DNA from: Perkinsela sp. CCAP 1560/9
Taxonomy: Eukaryota; Protista; Euglenozoa: Kinetoplastea
Direction: 5' to 3'
Length of the DNA stretch: 64,000 nt
NCBI GenBank assembly: GCA_965644495.1
Contig: CBFFSA010000001.1
Coordinates: forward strand, 3,410,001 to 3,474,000
Shown here piece by piece: positions 20,827 to 31,855 of this stretch (the first letter of the stretch is position 1; each line of letters opens with the position of its first letter). A program made the translations under genes and the position numbers. A model generated the notes under the pieces. That model ran no database searches and was not told where the DNA came from. It was given only the letters and a program-made list of their open reading frames with translations.

Positions 20827-21513
20827 ATGATCCATCCTTTTTTCTTATCTGACGACCAAAAGTCGTCGGAAAAATGCTCAGGAGCTGTTCTTCCACTAGA
20901 ATATGATTTAATGAGACTCGTACAACACGTCGAAAATCCTCATATTTCTTGGCATACCGGTACACCTGGATGTGAGTGGCGAGGCATAAACTGTAACAAC
21001 AAGAATAGCGTTCTCTATATTAAGTGGTCCTTCTTGAAACTGGGAGGAAAACTAAATTTGAAATACTTACCCCCACGACTGGTGAAGTTGGATGCTTCTT
21101 CGAACAACTTGTATGGCGAGTTTTTATTTGGGGACCTGCCTCCGAGTTTAGAATACCTTATGGTACCCCACAATAATTTTTCTGGAACTCCGATGCTTCA
21201 TCTTTTGCCGCCATCTTTGAAGGCAATCGAAATTAACAACAACAATTTTGGTGGTCGTATCATTTTTAGTGTACTTCCTGTATCCTTATGCGAAGTGAAT
21301 GTAAGCTACAATAAAAACTTGGAGGGAACGCTAGATATCAAATGTCATGTGAAAGATTTGTGCTATAATGTTGAAGGGACACGAATCAAAGTATGCAACG
21401 GTCCAATGAGAACTGCGTCGGTAGTCAACCCTGTACCGGATTCCGAAGCTATGAATGCAGAAATTGAATCCATGGAGAGGGAAATGGAACGTCTAAAATG
21501 GCTACTGATCTAA
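20827..21513 (+). CDS. Leucine-rich repeat family protein
   Basis: Leader SSEKCSGAVLPLEYDLMRL, cap SWHTGTPGCEWRGINC, 4-5 LRR units. Confidence 0.85.
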   Translation: MIHPFFLSDDQKSSEKCSGAVLPLEYDLMRLVQHVENPHISWHTGTPGCEWRGINCNNKNSVLYIKWSFLKLGGKLNLKYLPPRLVKLDASSNNLYGEFLFGDLPPSLEYLMVPHNNFSGTPMLHLLPPSLKAIEINNNNFGGRIIFSVLPVSLCEVNVSYNKNLEGTLDIKCHVKDLCYNVEGTRIKVCNGPMRTASVVNPVPDSEAMNAEIESMEREMERLKWLLI

Positions 21514-21775
21514 TCTGAATTACGAATTCGATCTAGTCTGGCAATTTGATTGAGTCGTTTTGACATTCATTTGTTTATTTACTCTAGCCTCCCCCTTATC
21601 CTAATGTTTCCCGGGTACCCCCTTTATTTATTCTGCCAAACCGTGCAGCTTTAGGTAAACTTTGGGGTAGAGAGGAAAACAACTAAAAAAAGGTGCCGGT
21701 TTAGAAAGCAGTATTAGCCAATTGTTCAAAACTAAGTTTAGAATTATTATTGTTGTTTTCCTATTATAATATTCA

Positions 21776-22363
21776 ATGTCCGATGCACAATCCGCGGACG
21801 AGAGCTCGATGATCTTTATTGCTAATTTACCTATTCGAGAACGCAAAGAAGAAACTCGAGAAAATTTATATTTTCTCTTCTCAGCGTACGGCGCAATAAA
21901 AGAAGTCATCTACAGACGCCTTCCCGGTCGTCAGTGCTATGCTCATATAGTTTTTTATACTCCACGATCTGCACGAGCCGCTATTCGCGACCTGCAGGGA
22001 TTTTCTTTTTTTGGTCAACAAATCAGAATAGAATTGTGTGGAAAAAGCAAATTTTCGGAACCACAAGGAATAGAGAGCAAAGGCGAAGAGGAGCAAGAGA
22101 ACCCATTGCCTGTGAAAGAGAAAATGGAAGATGAAATTGCAGCTGAAAGTGGTGGTAAATTTGTGGTACATGTGACTTTTCCATCTTTACTTCAGCCTAC
22201 GGATATTTTTAGCTCACTAAACGGATATCTAGGGATATTAGCGAGTAGGCAAATTGAACCTGCACTTTGCGAGGCTCGGGCAGAATTTCAAACGTCCGAA
22301 AGTGCGCAAGATGCCTTAATATTCCTTGAAGCAAATGAATTCAAGGCCTCTATAGTTCTATAA
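21776..22363 (+). CDS. U1A/U2B''-like snRNP RRM protein
   Basis: IFIANL...KEETRENLYFLFSAYGAI...AHIVF...A.RDLQGFSFFGQQIRI matches the U1A/U2B'' RRM1 pattern. Confidence 0.75.
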   Translation: MSDAQSADESSMIFIANLPIRERKEETRENLYFLFSAYGAIKEVIYRRLPGRQCYAHIVFYTPRSARAAIRDLQGFSFFGQQIRIELCGKSKFSEPQGIESKGEEEQENPLPVKEKMEDEIAAESGGKFVVHVTFPSLLQPTDIFSSLNGYLGILASRQIEPALCEARAEFQTSESAQDALIFLEANEFKASIVL

Positions 22364-22550
22364 AACAAGAGGGTCCTTTTAAGTAAACTTTTTTTCTTGA
22401 GCTGCTAATCCTGGAAGAGGAGCCACCTAAACAATATGAAAAGTGCAACATACAAGTAGTTTATGTCTCAGAACACCCTTGATGTTTATACCTTAAACTT
22501 CTTGGTTATACCTCAAACTATTACGATTCTACTATTAAAATCTATGCATC

Positions 22551-23684
22551 ATGATTCACCGAACCGCTTGTCAATGGATCAAAACCATTAAGCCAGCGAA
22601 CATGCAGCGTCCCCGTCACTATGACGGACTTTCAAAGATGTGGGCTGGGCGTGACACAAACATGAAGTGGACCGAGTACTACGACGGCTACACAGACGAC
22701 TATGGTACCTTTAAGGAAGGCGCACCTACCTCCCTACGTCTGGAGTACATTCGCTCTCCAGAGCATAAAACCTCAAACCTAGAGTTCCTTCGCTATCTAT
22801 GGTCTCCGTTCGAGGTTGGTAGAGACAAAGCCAATTACTCTCCTCTTTTCTGGGACCGGCAAAGTTACGGCAACAGAGACATGGAAGGACACGCACGAGG
22901 TCTAGCCCCCGGTGAGCCCAAGCGCAACTGTGTCGGAATGAAAACCAAACGAGAGGTACCCATGGGAGGCAGTCGATACTCTGTGAACTACAAGCCGCTG
23001 CATCGAATTCCGAAGTGGCTTGCGTACATTGTACACGACCGCGAACGAAAACGTTTGCTGGGATTCTTTCTGTACAGCAACGGGTGTTACGTTGCGGAGC
23101 TACTGACGTACAAACAGATTCCCCGGCTTGTGTACAACAAGTATTTTCAAAAGTACATCCCGACTCTGGGGCAGACCGTCGAGCTCCGTCAAATTACCTA
23201 TGGTAAGGAATTCCACTCGCTGGAGTGGTACCCAGGGGGTGGAGCAAGCATGGTACGAGCGGCCGGGACCTCGGCTGTGATCCTACGCGGAACGGAACCA
23301 AATTTGGTACCTGTGCTGCTACCGAGCACGGAGGTTCGATTATTCGAGGATAACTGTCACTGCGTGTTTGGACGGCGTGCCGGGGTCATGCAGCGCTACA
23401 CCCGTTTCGGGGGATTTCGCACTCGTATAGGAATTCGTATGGTGCGACCTCGGAGCAAGAAGAACCAAGTGAAAATGGACCAGCACCCCGCAGGAGGGGG
23501 GAATGGCTCCAAGTGGCATTTAATTTTTCCACTGGATTACCGCATTCACCCAGTGTCACAGAAAACGAAGCATTGGCTCTCGTCGTATATTTTGCGAGGA
23601 CGATTGTACAACAAGCATATGTCGATTGCTGAAATCAAGGAGAAAACATACGGGTGGAAAAGTCGCGATCCAGTTTATCGATAA
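22551..23684 (+). CDS. MRPL2: Mitochondrial ribosomal protein uL2m
   Basis: L2 C-domain motifs PGGGASMVRAAGTSA, LPSTEVR, RPR...QHPAGGG; presequence-like MIHRT. Confidence 0.88.
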   Translation: MIHRTACQWIKTIKPANMQRPRHYDGLSKMWAGRDTNMKWTEYYDGYTDDYGTFKEGAPTSLRLEYIRSPEHKTSNLEFLRYLWSPFEVGRDKANYSPLFWDRQSYGNRDMEGHARGLAPGEPKRNCVGMKTKREVPMGGSRYSVNYKPLHRIPKWLAYIVHDRERKRLLGFFLYSNGCYVAELLTYKQIPRLVYNKYFQKYIPTLGQTVELRQITYGKEFHSLEWYPGGGASMVRAAGTSAVILRGTEPNLVPVLLPSTEVRLFEDNCHCVFGRRAGVMQRYTRFGGFRTRIGIRMVRPRSKKNQVKMDQHPAGGGNGSKWHLIFPLDYRIHPVSQKTKHWLSSYILRGRLYNKHMSIAEIKEKTYGWKSRDPVYR

Positions 23685-23864
23685 ACTGCTTCATTTCTAA
23701 GATTTCTTGTAGATAGTTTAGGTTTTTTAAATATTTCTGTTCTACATGTACCTGTGGTCTTCACATGCTCGAGTGCCAAATATCGAATATTTTTTGAAAG
23801 TAATTTTCGTTTACCCCTTTTTAGGAAAGATTGCGATTCACATACTACAGCAATCACTTACATT

Positions 23865-25577
23865 ATGATGACTGCACCATCTCCCACTGTCGACAGTTCC
23901 CTACTCGATGACGCACTAAGCTCTGCGCTTCATAATTTATACCCCACCGGTCCACCCAAGCGCAATACCGAAAACTTACCTCCCAGCGAGCCCCCAGATA
24001 AAGCCATCCCTCGGGTTAAAATCGCCTCACGACCTCCCCCCCAGGAGGAACCTCCCCACACCTCGCCCCCCGAGACCTGTTGCCTCCACATCCCCACCCT
24101 GGAACCCGGAGTCACGGACCAAACCCTCTTCGAGGCCTTTGCCCCGTTCCACGCCCTTGACGCCTTTGTCATCCAAGACCCCGCACTCTACACCTTCTCC
24201 ACCTCCACCAGTCCCCCCACCTCCCCTCCCCCTCCCACCCCCACCCCACCCGCCGGCATCCTCCTCTTCCGTGACCCCACCACCGCCGCCGCCGCCGCCG
24301 AACGCGTCTCCCTCACCGGCCTCGTCCCCTCCCCCCCCTCCTCCCCCCCTCCCCCCCTCCCCGAGCTCGCGCGCTCCCCCCCCGCCTCCGCCCTCCGCAC
24401 CCCCCTCGGTTGCGCCCACCGCGGCTGCCGCACCCTCCTCTGCATCCTGCTCCACTCCCCGCACCACACCCAGGGCGCCACCGCGGAGGTGCTCTCCGCG
24501 CTCGAGGACCCCCGCCACGCCGCGGCCATCCTCGCCCACCCGCGGTTCGTCTCCCCCGGGCTCGGCTCCGTCGTCGCGCGCGCCCGCCCCGAGCTCCGCC
24601 CCCACCTCTCCCGCGAGCTCCTCACCACGCTGCTCCGCGAGGACAGCGCCGAGGGCTACGTCGCGGAGGCCATGGCGCTCTGGGGGGAGCTCTTCGCCCG
24701 GGGGTGCTTCCGCGGGGTCAGCACCCCCGGGCGCGTGCTCGAGGCCGTGCTGGAGTCCGGGGTGGGGCTCACCCGGAAACGGGTAAAGGGGTTGTGTGGG
24801 TTGGTGGCCCGCACGACACGGGAGGGGTGGGAGGGGGAGGCTGTGGAGGGGGTGCTGCGGAGGTTAAGGGGGCGGAGTGTGGAGCCGGAGGGGAAGGAGG
24901 CGTTGGTGGAGCTGTGTAGGTTGTTGCGGGAGAGGGGGAGGGGGGAGAGGGGGGAGGGATCGAGGGGGGGTGGGAGGGGAACGCATGGGGGTCAAAAGCA
25001 AGGGGGGTCGGGGGAGGGGAAGGAGGGAGGGGGGGTTCATACGCAGCGGAAGCCCTCGTCCTCGTCGTCTTCCTCCTCTGCGGGTGGTGCAACGCCTCTT
25101 GCAGCCTCGCTCGGTACCCCTGCGGTGGTTGTGCTCACGAACAACACAAAGCTCACCTGCGCGCTGTGCTCCGCAAGGGCAAAGGTACGGTGCACGGAAT
25201 GTGAAAAGAATTTCTGTGCGGAATGCCAGAAGTACGACGTCCAGATTCATGATTGCCTGTCCCGTACCGTGTACGTTAGCAAGCTGGACCCCTCCGTAAC
25301 GGCCTCGGAGTTTCGAGAAATTCTTGATCGATTTGGCACGGTCGCAAAAGTACGACTCTGTGGTGACCCCACGCAACGCAGCTTGTATGCTTTCATAGAG
25401 TTTACAACTGCGGCAGCAGCGCGTAAACTTCTTCAAGCTGACAAACAAATGATACGGAGCCTTAGTTGGCGGTGTTTACCCGCTCGTCAGCCTATCCATG
25501 ACCACAACGAAGAAGATCAATCCGGTAAGTCACGGATCTGCACCTTTGGACTTTCTTCTGAAGCAGCCGCTCAATGA
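23865..25577 (+). CDS. Multi-domain RNA-binding protein (degenerate RRM, helical MIF4G-like region, B-box-like Zn finger, RRM)
   Basis: C-terminal RTVYVSKLD...FGTVAKVRLCGD...YAFIEF; CALC....VRCTECEKNFCAEC..VQIH; ALWGELF helix. Confidence 0.7.
   Translation: MMTAPSPTVDSSLLDDALSSALHNLYPTGPPKRNTENLPPSEPPDKAIPRVKIASRPPPQEEPPHTSPPETCCLHIPTLEPGVTDQTLFEAFAPFHALDAFVIQDPALYTFSTSTSPPTSPPPPTPTPPAGILLFRDPTTAAAAAERVSLTGLVPSPPSSPPPPLPELARSPPASALRTPLGCAHRGCRTLLCILLHSPHHTQGATAEVLSALEDPRHAAAILAHPRFVSPGLGSVVARARPELRPHLSRELLTTLLREDSAEGYVAEAMALWGELFARGCFRGVSTPGRVLEAVLESGVGLTRKRVKGLCGLVARTTREGWEGEAVEGVLRRLRGRSVEPEGKEALVELCRLLRERGRGERGEGSRGGGRGTHGGQKQGGSGEGKEGGGVHTQRKPSSSSSSSSAGGATPLAASLGTPAVVVLTNNTKLTCALCSARAKVRCTECEKNFCAECQKYDVQIHDCLSRTVYVSKLDPSVTASEFREILDRFGTVAKVRLCGDPTQRSLYAFIEFTTAAAARKLLQADKQMIRSLSWRCLPARQPIHDHNEEDQSGKSRICTFGLSSEAAAQ
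24030..25050. other. C-to-G polarity island 4 (switch near 24670)
   Basis: For example cccccccctcctccccccctccccccctcc at 24331 versus ggggagggggagagggggggaggg-type tracts near 24930. Confidence 0.9.
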
Positions 25578-25941
25578 TTCTTGCTGCTACTCAACCTGTG
25601 CGAAAGGAAAAAAAACGAATAGAACACGGCGGGTAGTACATTCGCGCATTTTAATTATCAACGTGAATGATTTTGCCAACAGAGATACAATGATTGGTTA
25701 TCATCTAAGTTTGGACTCTCTTGTATTGTTTATGGAATATATTCTACGTATTGATGCATTCATATGCATTTTGTAAAAAAAACAGTAATGCCATTAATAC
25801 ATTATGAACCTTGATCTTCTGAAAGTTTTTTTCTCACCACTGTGATAGGACTAATCCTTTCACCAGTACATTAGCTAGTCTTTTACGTTAGTGAATTTTA
25901 TTTGTCTTCAGACACACTTTAAGTCTTACACTTTTTTACAC

Positions 25942-26352
25942 ATGACTGCGCAGCATACCACTATGAGTAAATCTTCTAGGGGGAGACCTCGCATGCCCAA
26001 AACTCCACCAACGACAATGGATGATGATCCTCCAAAGCAAGAAGAGGAGCAATTAGAGGAATCTACGAAACCTGCGCCCAAAAAGCGCTTTGAAATTGTC
26101 AAATGGAATGCCGTAGCACTATGGTCGTGGGATATTACCGTCGACACCTGTGCCATATGTCGCAATCACATTATGGATTTATGCATTGACTGTCAGGCTA
26201 AAGCACAACCCACGACGCATAACGAGTGTACCGTGGCGTGGGGCAAGTGCAACCATGCTTACCACTTTCACTGCATCTCTAGGTGGCTACGAACCCGCAA
26301 TGTATGTCCTTTGGATAATCGAGACTGGGAATTTAAGAAATACGGCAGGTAA
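25942..26352 (+). CDS. RBX1: RING-box protein 1 (cullin-RING ligase subunit)
   Basis: [35 protein letters not shown]...[28 protein letters not shown]. Confidence 0.97.
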   Translation: MTAQHTTMSKSSRGRPRMPKTPPTTMDDDPPKQEEEQLEESTKPAPKKRFEIVKWNAVALWSWDITVDTCAICRNHIMDLCIDCQAKAQPTTHNECTVAWGKCNHAYHFHCISRWLRTRNVCPLDNRDWEFKKYGR

Positions 26353-26736
26353 AGATCGTCTGAATCATAGCAGTGTGTTTAAAAGTGGTTCCCAGTTTTC
26401 TAATTATTCACTTATCAATAGTTCTCTAGGGTTAGAGCATCGGATGATATTCAATGTAAGGGTAGACGTTCTCATGTACATGTAAATTGAGGTTATTCCC
26501 CTTTTTGGTGAACTTTTAAGCATTTGCGGCTTTATTTATTCTTGTTGATTCAAAAGCTTTATACTTTTGAAGTGGATTGTCTTGAAGTTTTATTTGCATT
26601 CGAACTTATAGTGGAAATTTTTCGATGTCCGGTCTTTCGGTATTCACCTTCAGGTCTAGGAAAGCGATTCAGGAACGCTTCCTGCATATACATCACGGTA
26701 TAGGGAAATAGTAATTCATTGGGCTCCTCCGCACTT

Positions 26737-29436
26737 ATGCTCCGTCTTGCGACTATTTTGTGCTCGTTGTGCTTTTTATCCATCGGTTTATTTACCAGAG
26801 GTTTCTTGCTAAGCAGAGAAACTCTCTTAGGATATAATCAATCTAGCCCTTCCGTTCCACGACTTGTGGATCGAGTTGTGATTATTCTGGTAGATGCACT
26901 TCGTCCTGACTTTATTTTCCCTAATATTCGATCTCATCCCCCTGGGGCTTCAGTTCGTCCTCACTCCCTTTCCTACATTTCCGATGCTCTACGTTCGAAG
27001 TCCAACGTCGCCGGGTTTGCTTTTGTTGCGGACCCGCCCACCACCACAGCCCAGCGACTTAAATCCCTCACGTCCGGAACGTTTCCTACGTTTATTGAGG
27101 CCGGTCAGAATTTTGATTCTGCTGTGCTCCGCGAAGACAACATCATCGCTCAACTTAAGCAACAGAATATTTCACGTGCGGTTTTGGGGGATGACACTTG
27201 GTTGAATTTATTCCCCGAACCCATGTGGAATCGCACCCATGTGTATCCCAGTCTGGACGTCTACGATCTGCATACGGTAGATCGCGGAATTCTCTCCCAT
27301 CTTTATCCATTGTTGCAAAATGATCAACATGAATTTGTGGTGGCTCATTTTTTGGGTGTCGATCATGTAGGGCATCGATACGATGCGCGTCATCCAGAAA
27401 TGTCATCAAAGTTGGCAGAAATTAATGAGTGTATTGAGAAAACGAGTGCCGTATTACAACAGGGTGAACAGGATTCTCTTTTGCTCGTGTTTGGAGATCA
27501 TGGTATTACGGATAGTGGAGATCATGGAGGAGGCAGTGAAGACGAAGTCACTTCCTTTCTCTTTGCTGAATACTTTTTTAATACCAAAACGACGGAAACA
27601 GAAGTCCATAACTCTATGAAAGGCAAGGATAATTCCGATAGCTCGAGAAATAAGACAGTCACACGTGCTAACAATAATTCTCCTCTTCATGAAAGTACAG
27701 CACCAAAGCTAGAGACATTTCTAAGACAGATGCAACAACAGCGTCATACATATTACGACCCAGAAAACAGAACCTGGGATTATGAGGGTCGCGCGTTGAA
27801 GGGCACTGAGGTGTGTATTAACGGCACTATACCGTATGTGTACCAGGTAGATCTTGTTCCTACACTTGCCATGCTTTTCGGAATTCCTATACCTCAAAAT
27901 AACATGGGTAGAATTATTCCAGAAATTTTAGCTTTCCCCATTTTTGCTCAATACACAGATGGCGTTGAAGTACTAGAAAATGCCTATCTGGATAACATCC
28001 ATCAAGTATCGGAATGTTTGCGAAATTCTCATCATGCGGATGAGAAGTTAGAGTATTTATCTCAAAAATTATCTAACAATTCTGCTTTGAACGCAGAAAA
28101 ATATGTTAAGCAGTCTAAAGATACGGAGTCCCTGTCTTTTTTGTTTGCTTGTGATTCTGCTTTACGAGAGGCATCCAGTCGTCTTCGACTTGAGTGGACT
28201 CATTATGATGAGAACCTGATGATTATAAGTCTTTCTGGGCTTGCAATTTGCTGGGCGGCCTCTTTTTTATGTTTGCTCCAAGTTTTACTACCAGACCATG
28301 ATTTACGCGACATACGAAACGTGAAAAGTGTTCGACTAAAAGGCTTTGCTCACACCATCATACTTGTTTCTCTATTGTTTTTTAAGTGCTTTTCCGCGTT
28401 GAGTAGTAGCCTCATAATAGAAGAATCGGCAGTGGTCTGGGCAGGAATGCAGTTAACATTGGTTGTTCTTGCTGCACACTGTTCTGTCCAAAGGAGTAAG
28501 GCGCTTACTGTTACTTTTGTTGCGCTATACTTGTTGCACTACGGAGTACCCGTGAGAACACACAGTCTGGCGCTGGCATCATCTGTTGTTAAACACGTAG
28601 AATACTTTTCACCGCTTTTTCTTGCATGCAGCGGATATTTAACTTACTCTTTCTTGCACGACAAACATACCAAAGTCTTGAACATTGTATGTGTCTGTAT
28701 GCTTGGTTGTTATCGCTATTTCCGCTCCGAACCCGGATGCCAGGTGGCAATACTAAGTTCTAGAACTGCTCTGCTCCTTATAGTGATTTTGTTTTCCTTG
28801 TCGTTGCGTAATCTTCGTAAAGGCTCGCAAGCCGCGTACGTCATTGTGAGTTCATGCATATATTTCGGAATCTTGGTATCTCAGCCCAAATATATTTTTT
28901 CGTACGCGCTCTACATTGTTTTTTTGAAATCTGTTCGAGAATGGAGCAAAGACTTTAGTGAAGTGAAGTTACGAAAAGATGATAAGAACTTGTTCCTTCT
29001 TGCCACTCCAATACTCGCAGTCTATGTGAGCCACTATGGACTGTTTTTCGCAACAGGTCACCACACTGTTTTATCTACTTTGGACTGGACGTCTGCATAT
29101 ACAGCCATGGGGGAGTACAATTGGTACACGGGAATGTTTTTTGTGAGCAGCGAATCTTTTTTGGCTTATTTTGTCGGACCGATAGCAGCGACTGTCTTAG
29201 TTAGCGGCGTTTTTGAGTCATCTTATAGCAAAAAAATAGTGTCTCCATTTAGGATAGTAAGCCAAGTATTGTTGTTCAACTCTCTAGGATCTATATTCGG
29301 TGCAGCTCTCACAATATGGTTACATCGTAGGCATCTGATGTTATGGGAAATTTTTACACCTTACTACATATACACCGTGATTGGAAATATCATGAGCATC
29401 GTCGTGACGCTTTTCTTCTTTGCGATTACAAGATGA
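26737..29436 (+). CDS. PIGO: GPI ethanolamine-phosphate transferase 3 (PIG-O/GPI13)
   Basis: GFLL.R, VDALRPDF, ADPPTTT.QRLK.LTSG, GDDTW, HFLGVDHVGH, GDHG...GDHGG, RRHLMLW.IF; many C-terminal TM segments. Confidence 0.92.
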   Translation: MLRLATILCSLCFLSIGLFTRGFLLSRETLLGYNQSSPSVPRLVDRVVIILVDALRPDFIFPNIRSHPPGASVRPHSLSYISDALRSKSNVAGFAFVADPPTTTAQRLKSLTSGTFPTFIEAGQNFDSAVLREDNIIAQLKQQNISRAVLGDDTWLNLFPEPMWNRTHVYPSLDVYDLHTVDRGILSHLYPLLQNDQHEFVVAHFLGVDHVGHRYDARHPEMSSKLAEINECIEKTSAVLQQGEQDSLLLVFGDHGITDSGDHGGGSEDEVTSFLFAEYFFNTKTTETEVHNSMKGKDNSDSSRNKTVTRANNNSPLHESTAPKLETFLRQMQQQRHTYYDPENRTWDYEGRALKGTEVCINGTIPYVYQVDLVPTLAMLFGIPIPQNNMGRIIPEILAFPIFAQYTDGVEVLENAYLDNIHQVSECLRNSHHADEKLEYLSQKLSNNSALNAEKYVKQSKDTESLSFLFACDSALREASSRLRLEWTHYDENLMIISLSGLAICWAASFLCLLQVLLPDHDLRDIRNVKSVRLKGFAHTIILVSLLFFKCFSALSSSLIIEESAVVWAGMQLTLVVLAAHCSVQRSKALTVTFVALYLLHYGVPVRTHSLALASSVVKHVEYFSPLFLACSGYLTYSFLHDKHTKVLNIVCVCMLGCYRYFRSEPGCQVAILSSRTALLLIVILFSLSLRNLRKGSQAAYVIVSSCIYFGILVSQPKYIFSYALYIVFLKSVREWSKDFSEVKLRKDDKNLFLLATPILAVYVSHYGLFFATGHHTVLSTLDWTSAYTAMGEYNWYTGMFFVSSESFLAYFVGPIAATVLVSGVFESSYSKKIVSPFRIVSQVLLFNSLGSIFGAALTIWLHRRHLMLWEIFTPYYIYTVIGNIMSIVVTLFFFAITR

Positions 29437-29512
29437 AAGATTTTATCTAGACCTCTCCGCAGGATATCTTTTTGTTGATTCTTTGGATATTTTTTTATTT
29501 CTGGTTTCTATA

Positions 29513-30449
29513 CACCCCTGTACAGCTTCATTTACCCCCCCTACAGGTCTTGTATTTTGTTCGATTTTGGAAATGTTTGGTATAGGACTGTTTTTCGACG
29601 CGATCGTCTCGAATCCGCTGTCCTTTTCATGATTGGAATAAAAAAATTACTAAAATGACCAGACGATTTTTGAGCTTTTTCCATATTTTTGAACTTTTTT
29701 ATGTTTATAAAAGTATACAATTTTAATAAAATTAAAAGTATATTAATCGTGTGTAGAGAACGTAAAAATGACGCTAGATAGGTATTCAATATCCAATATG
29801 ATACCTTTTCTTTTCTATCACCAATTGAAGTCTTTTGCAATAGTTTTTAAAAGGATTTCTTAATTCGTCAACATGTTCTCCCGTTTTAATGATGGCATCT
29901 TGTAATTCGTGTCTATTCTTAGGTTTTATTACTGTTTGGATGTGATAATCCATCCAAGACCACACCTTCTCTACAGGGTTTAAATCAGGGGATAAGGGGG
30001 GCCAATCTATTGCTCCCTTTTTCAACTTTTAAATGCGAGGCAATGAGTTGGGGCATTATCCAACTGAAGAATTACCCGGCTCTTCTTTCGTAAAGAAGAA
30101 ACGAAACCGCTTTCTACCATAGCTTTCCACACATCTTTTAGTTCCTTGTACCGTGCTATGATCAGCGTTCGCCTTTCGGGTGGAATGCGCTGATTTGGGA
30201 GAGAGGAAGCCCGATATCTTTTGACCATTAAGGAAAAAATGTCAAAAAATGGATTTTTTTTAGTGTGGGCAAATGAAAAACGAGTTTTTCGACGAAATTT
30301 TTAAACTCTCGGAAGAAAAAAAGGTCGCTCAAGTGAAAAGGACAGCGGATTCGAGACGATTGTGTCGAAAAACAGTCCCACACCAAATATCTCCAAAGTC
30401 GAACAAAATGCAAGATCTGTGCGGGGGTAAATGAAGCTGTACAGGGGTG
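29513..30449 (-). mobile_element. Internally deleted Tc1/mariner DNA transposon
   Basis: TA|CACCCCTGTACAGC...GCTGTACAGGGGTG|TA; imperfect TIRs of about 117 bp (29513-29629 and about 30333-30449); transposase relic inside. Confidence 0.88.
29786..30228 (-). pseudogene. Tc1-like DDE transposase fragment (frameshifted and deleted)
   Basis: QLDNAPTH, then after a frameshift near 30023, WPPLSPDLNPVEKVW...KRLQLVIEKK. Confidence 0.88.
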
Positions 30450-30476
30450 TATCTACAGTAAGTTGGTTTCTACCTA

Positions 30477-30806
30477 CTGCCCTCCCACTTAAACGCAGCC
30501 GGGTTTTGGCCGAAAATTGCGCGCAAGTAGCCGGGTCAAAAATAACACAAGGGGGAAATTGAGCTGAAGGTGGAGAGAGAAACATACAGTAGTGGAAAAA
30601 AAATCTGAGAATGAAAGAAAGCTAACCAGAGTGTAATGAGTCGATCAATAGGAAATCGTGCATGCGATAAAAAAAAATAAGCGATATAAACGATAAAAAA
30701 AATCCTCTAAATAAATCGCCCCGCTTCGCGTGCGGTTTTGGTCGTGCCTCAAAATTGTGCTTAAGTAGTCTTATCAAACGGTTGCGCATAAGTGGGGGGG
30801 GCGCAG
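30477..30806. mobile_element. MITE, degenerate (330 bp, TA-flanked)
   Basis: TA|CTGCCCTCCCACTTAAACGCAGCC...GGTTGCGCATAAGTGGGGGGGGCGCAG|TA. Confidence 0.7.
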
Positions 30807-30922
30807 TATGTAACTGATATTTCATTTGTGATTCCGTTTATTTTACGAAACTTTAATTGTGAAGATTTATTACTACAATAGTAGTATCTTTTGTATTTCA
30901 ATTTGGAAATCTTACTATCCAC

Positions 30923-31855
30923 ATGCCTGCAGCTGAGAAAAGAATTAAGTCACCCGACGACTTAACACATTTTCTACATTGCGAAACTCGTCAAGAGTTG
31001 CTTCGGTTTATTGAGGAACTAGCCACCAGTGTCCGGGGACTTCAAAGAACCGAAGTAGCCGTTCCAAAGCCAGAATCTTTGGCCCAGCGCATAATAGACA
31101 TGCTGCGAATCCTTCAAAAATGGGTTGTAGATATACCTCTACAAAGCAGCAGCACTCAACGATACGGAAATAGGGCGTTTCGAGATTGGTGTGCCCGGTT
31201 GCGAGAGCAGTGCAACAGTCTGGTACACAAGATGCTTTCAGAAGACTCGACTACGTTGTTATATCTAGACGAAATAGTGAGTTACCTGTTGGATGCTTTT
31301 GGAAATGCCACCAGATTGGATTACGGTACGGGTCATGAACTTCATTTTCTCGTCTTCCTGTATTGTCTCCACAAAATTGGGCTTATCTCCAAAGATGCAT
31401 TTCGTGGCATTACAATGTATGTGTTTTGGGAATACATAGTTCTGGTACGTGCCTTGCAATCTCGATATCATCTCGAACCTGCAGGTTCACACGGAGTTTG
31501 GGGGCTCGACGATTTTCACCATCTTCCATTTATTTTTGGTTCCTCACAGCTTATAACATCTACACAGACAAATTCGTATCCCCCTTCGGTAATCACAGAC
31601 ACTTCACTAATACAAAGTCGGCGAGCAGAAAATTTTTACTTCGACGCTGTCGCATGGGTCTTGGATAATAAACGGGGTCCATTTCATGAGCATAGCTCGA
31701 TGTTGTATAGCATCAGCGGAATGAACAGCTGGGAGAAAATATTTGAAGGCATGTTACGCATGTATGATGGCGAAGTATTGGGAAAATTCCCTATTATGCA
31801 ACACTTTTTGTTTGGGACACTTTGTCCATACGACGGTTCCCACGAGGCTTTATGA
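30923..31855 (+). CDS. PTPA: PP2A phosphatase activator (PTPA/RRD1)
   Basis: QRYGN.AFR.W, FGNATRLDYGTGHEL.F, LEPAGSHGVWGLDD, KRGPFHEHS, EVLGKFPIMQH. Confidence 0.96.
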   Translation: MPAAEKRIKSPDDLTHFLHCETRQELLRFIEELATSVRGLQRTEVAVPKPESLAQRIIDMLRILQKWVVDIPLQSSSTQRYGNRAFRDWCARLREQCNSLVHKMLSEDSTTLLYLDEIVSYLLDAFGNATRLDYGTGHELHFLVFLYCLHKIGLISKDAFRGITMYVFWEYIVLVRALQSRYHLEPAGSHGVWGLDDFHHLPFIFGSSQLITSTQTNSYPPSVITDTSLIQSRRAENFYFDAVAWVLDNKRGPFHEHSSMLYSISGMNSWEKIFEGMLRMYDGEVLGKFPIMQHFLFGTLCPYDGSHEAL

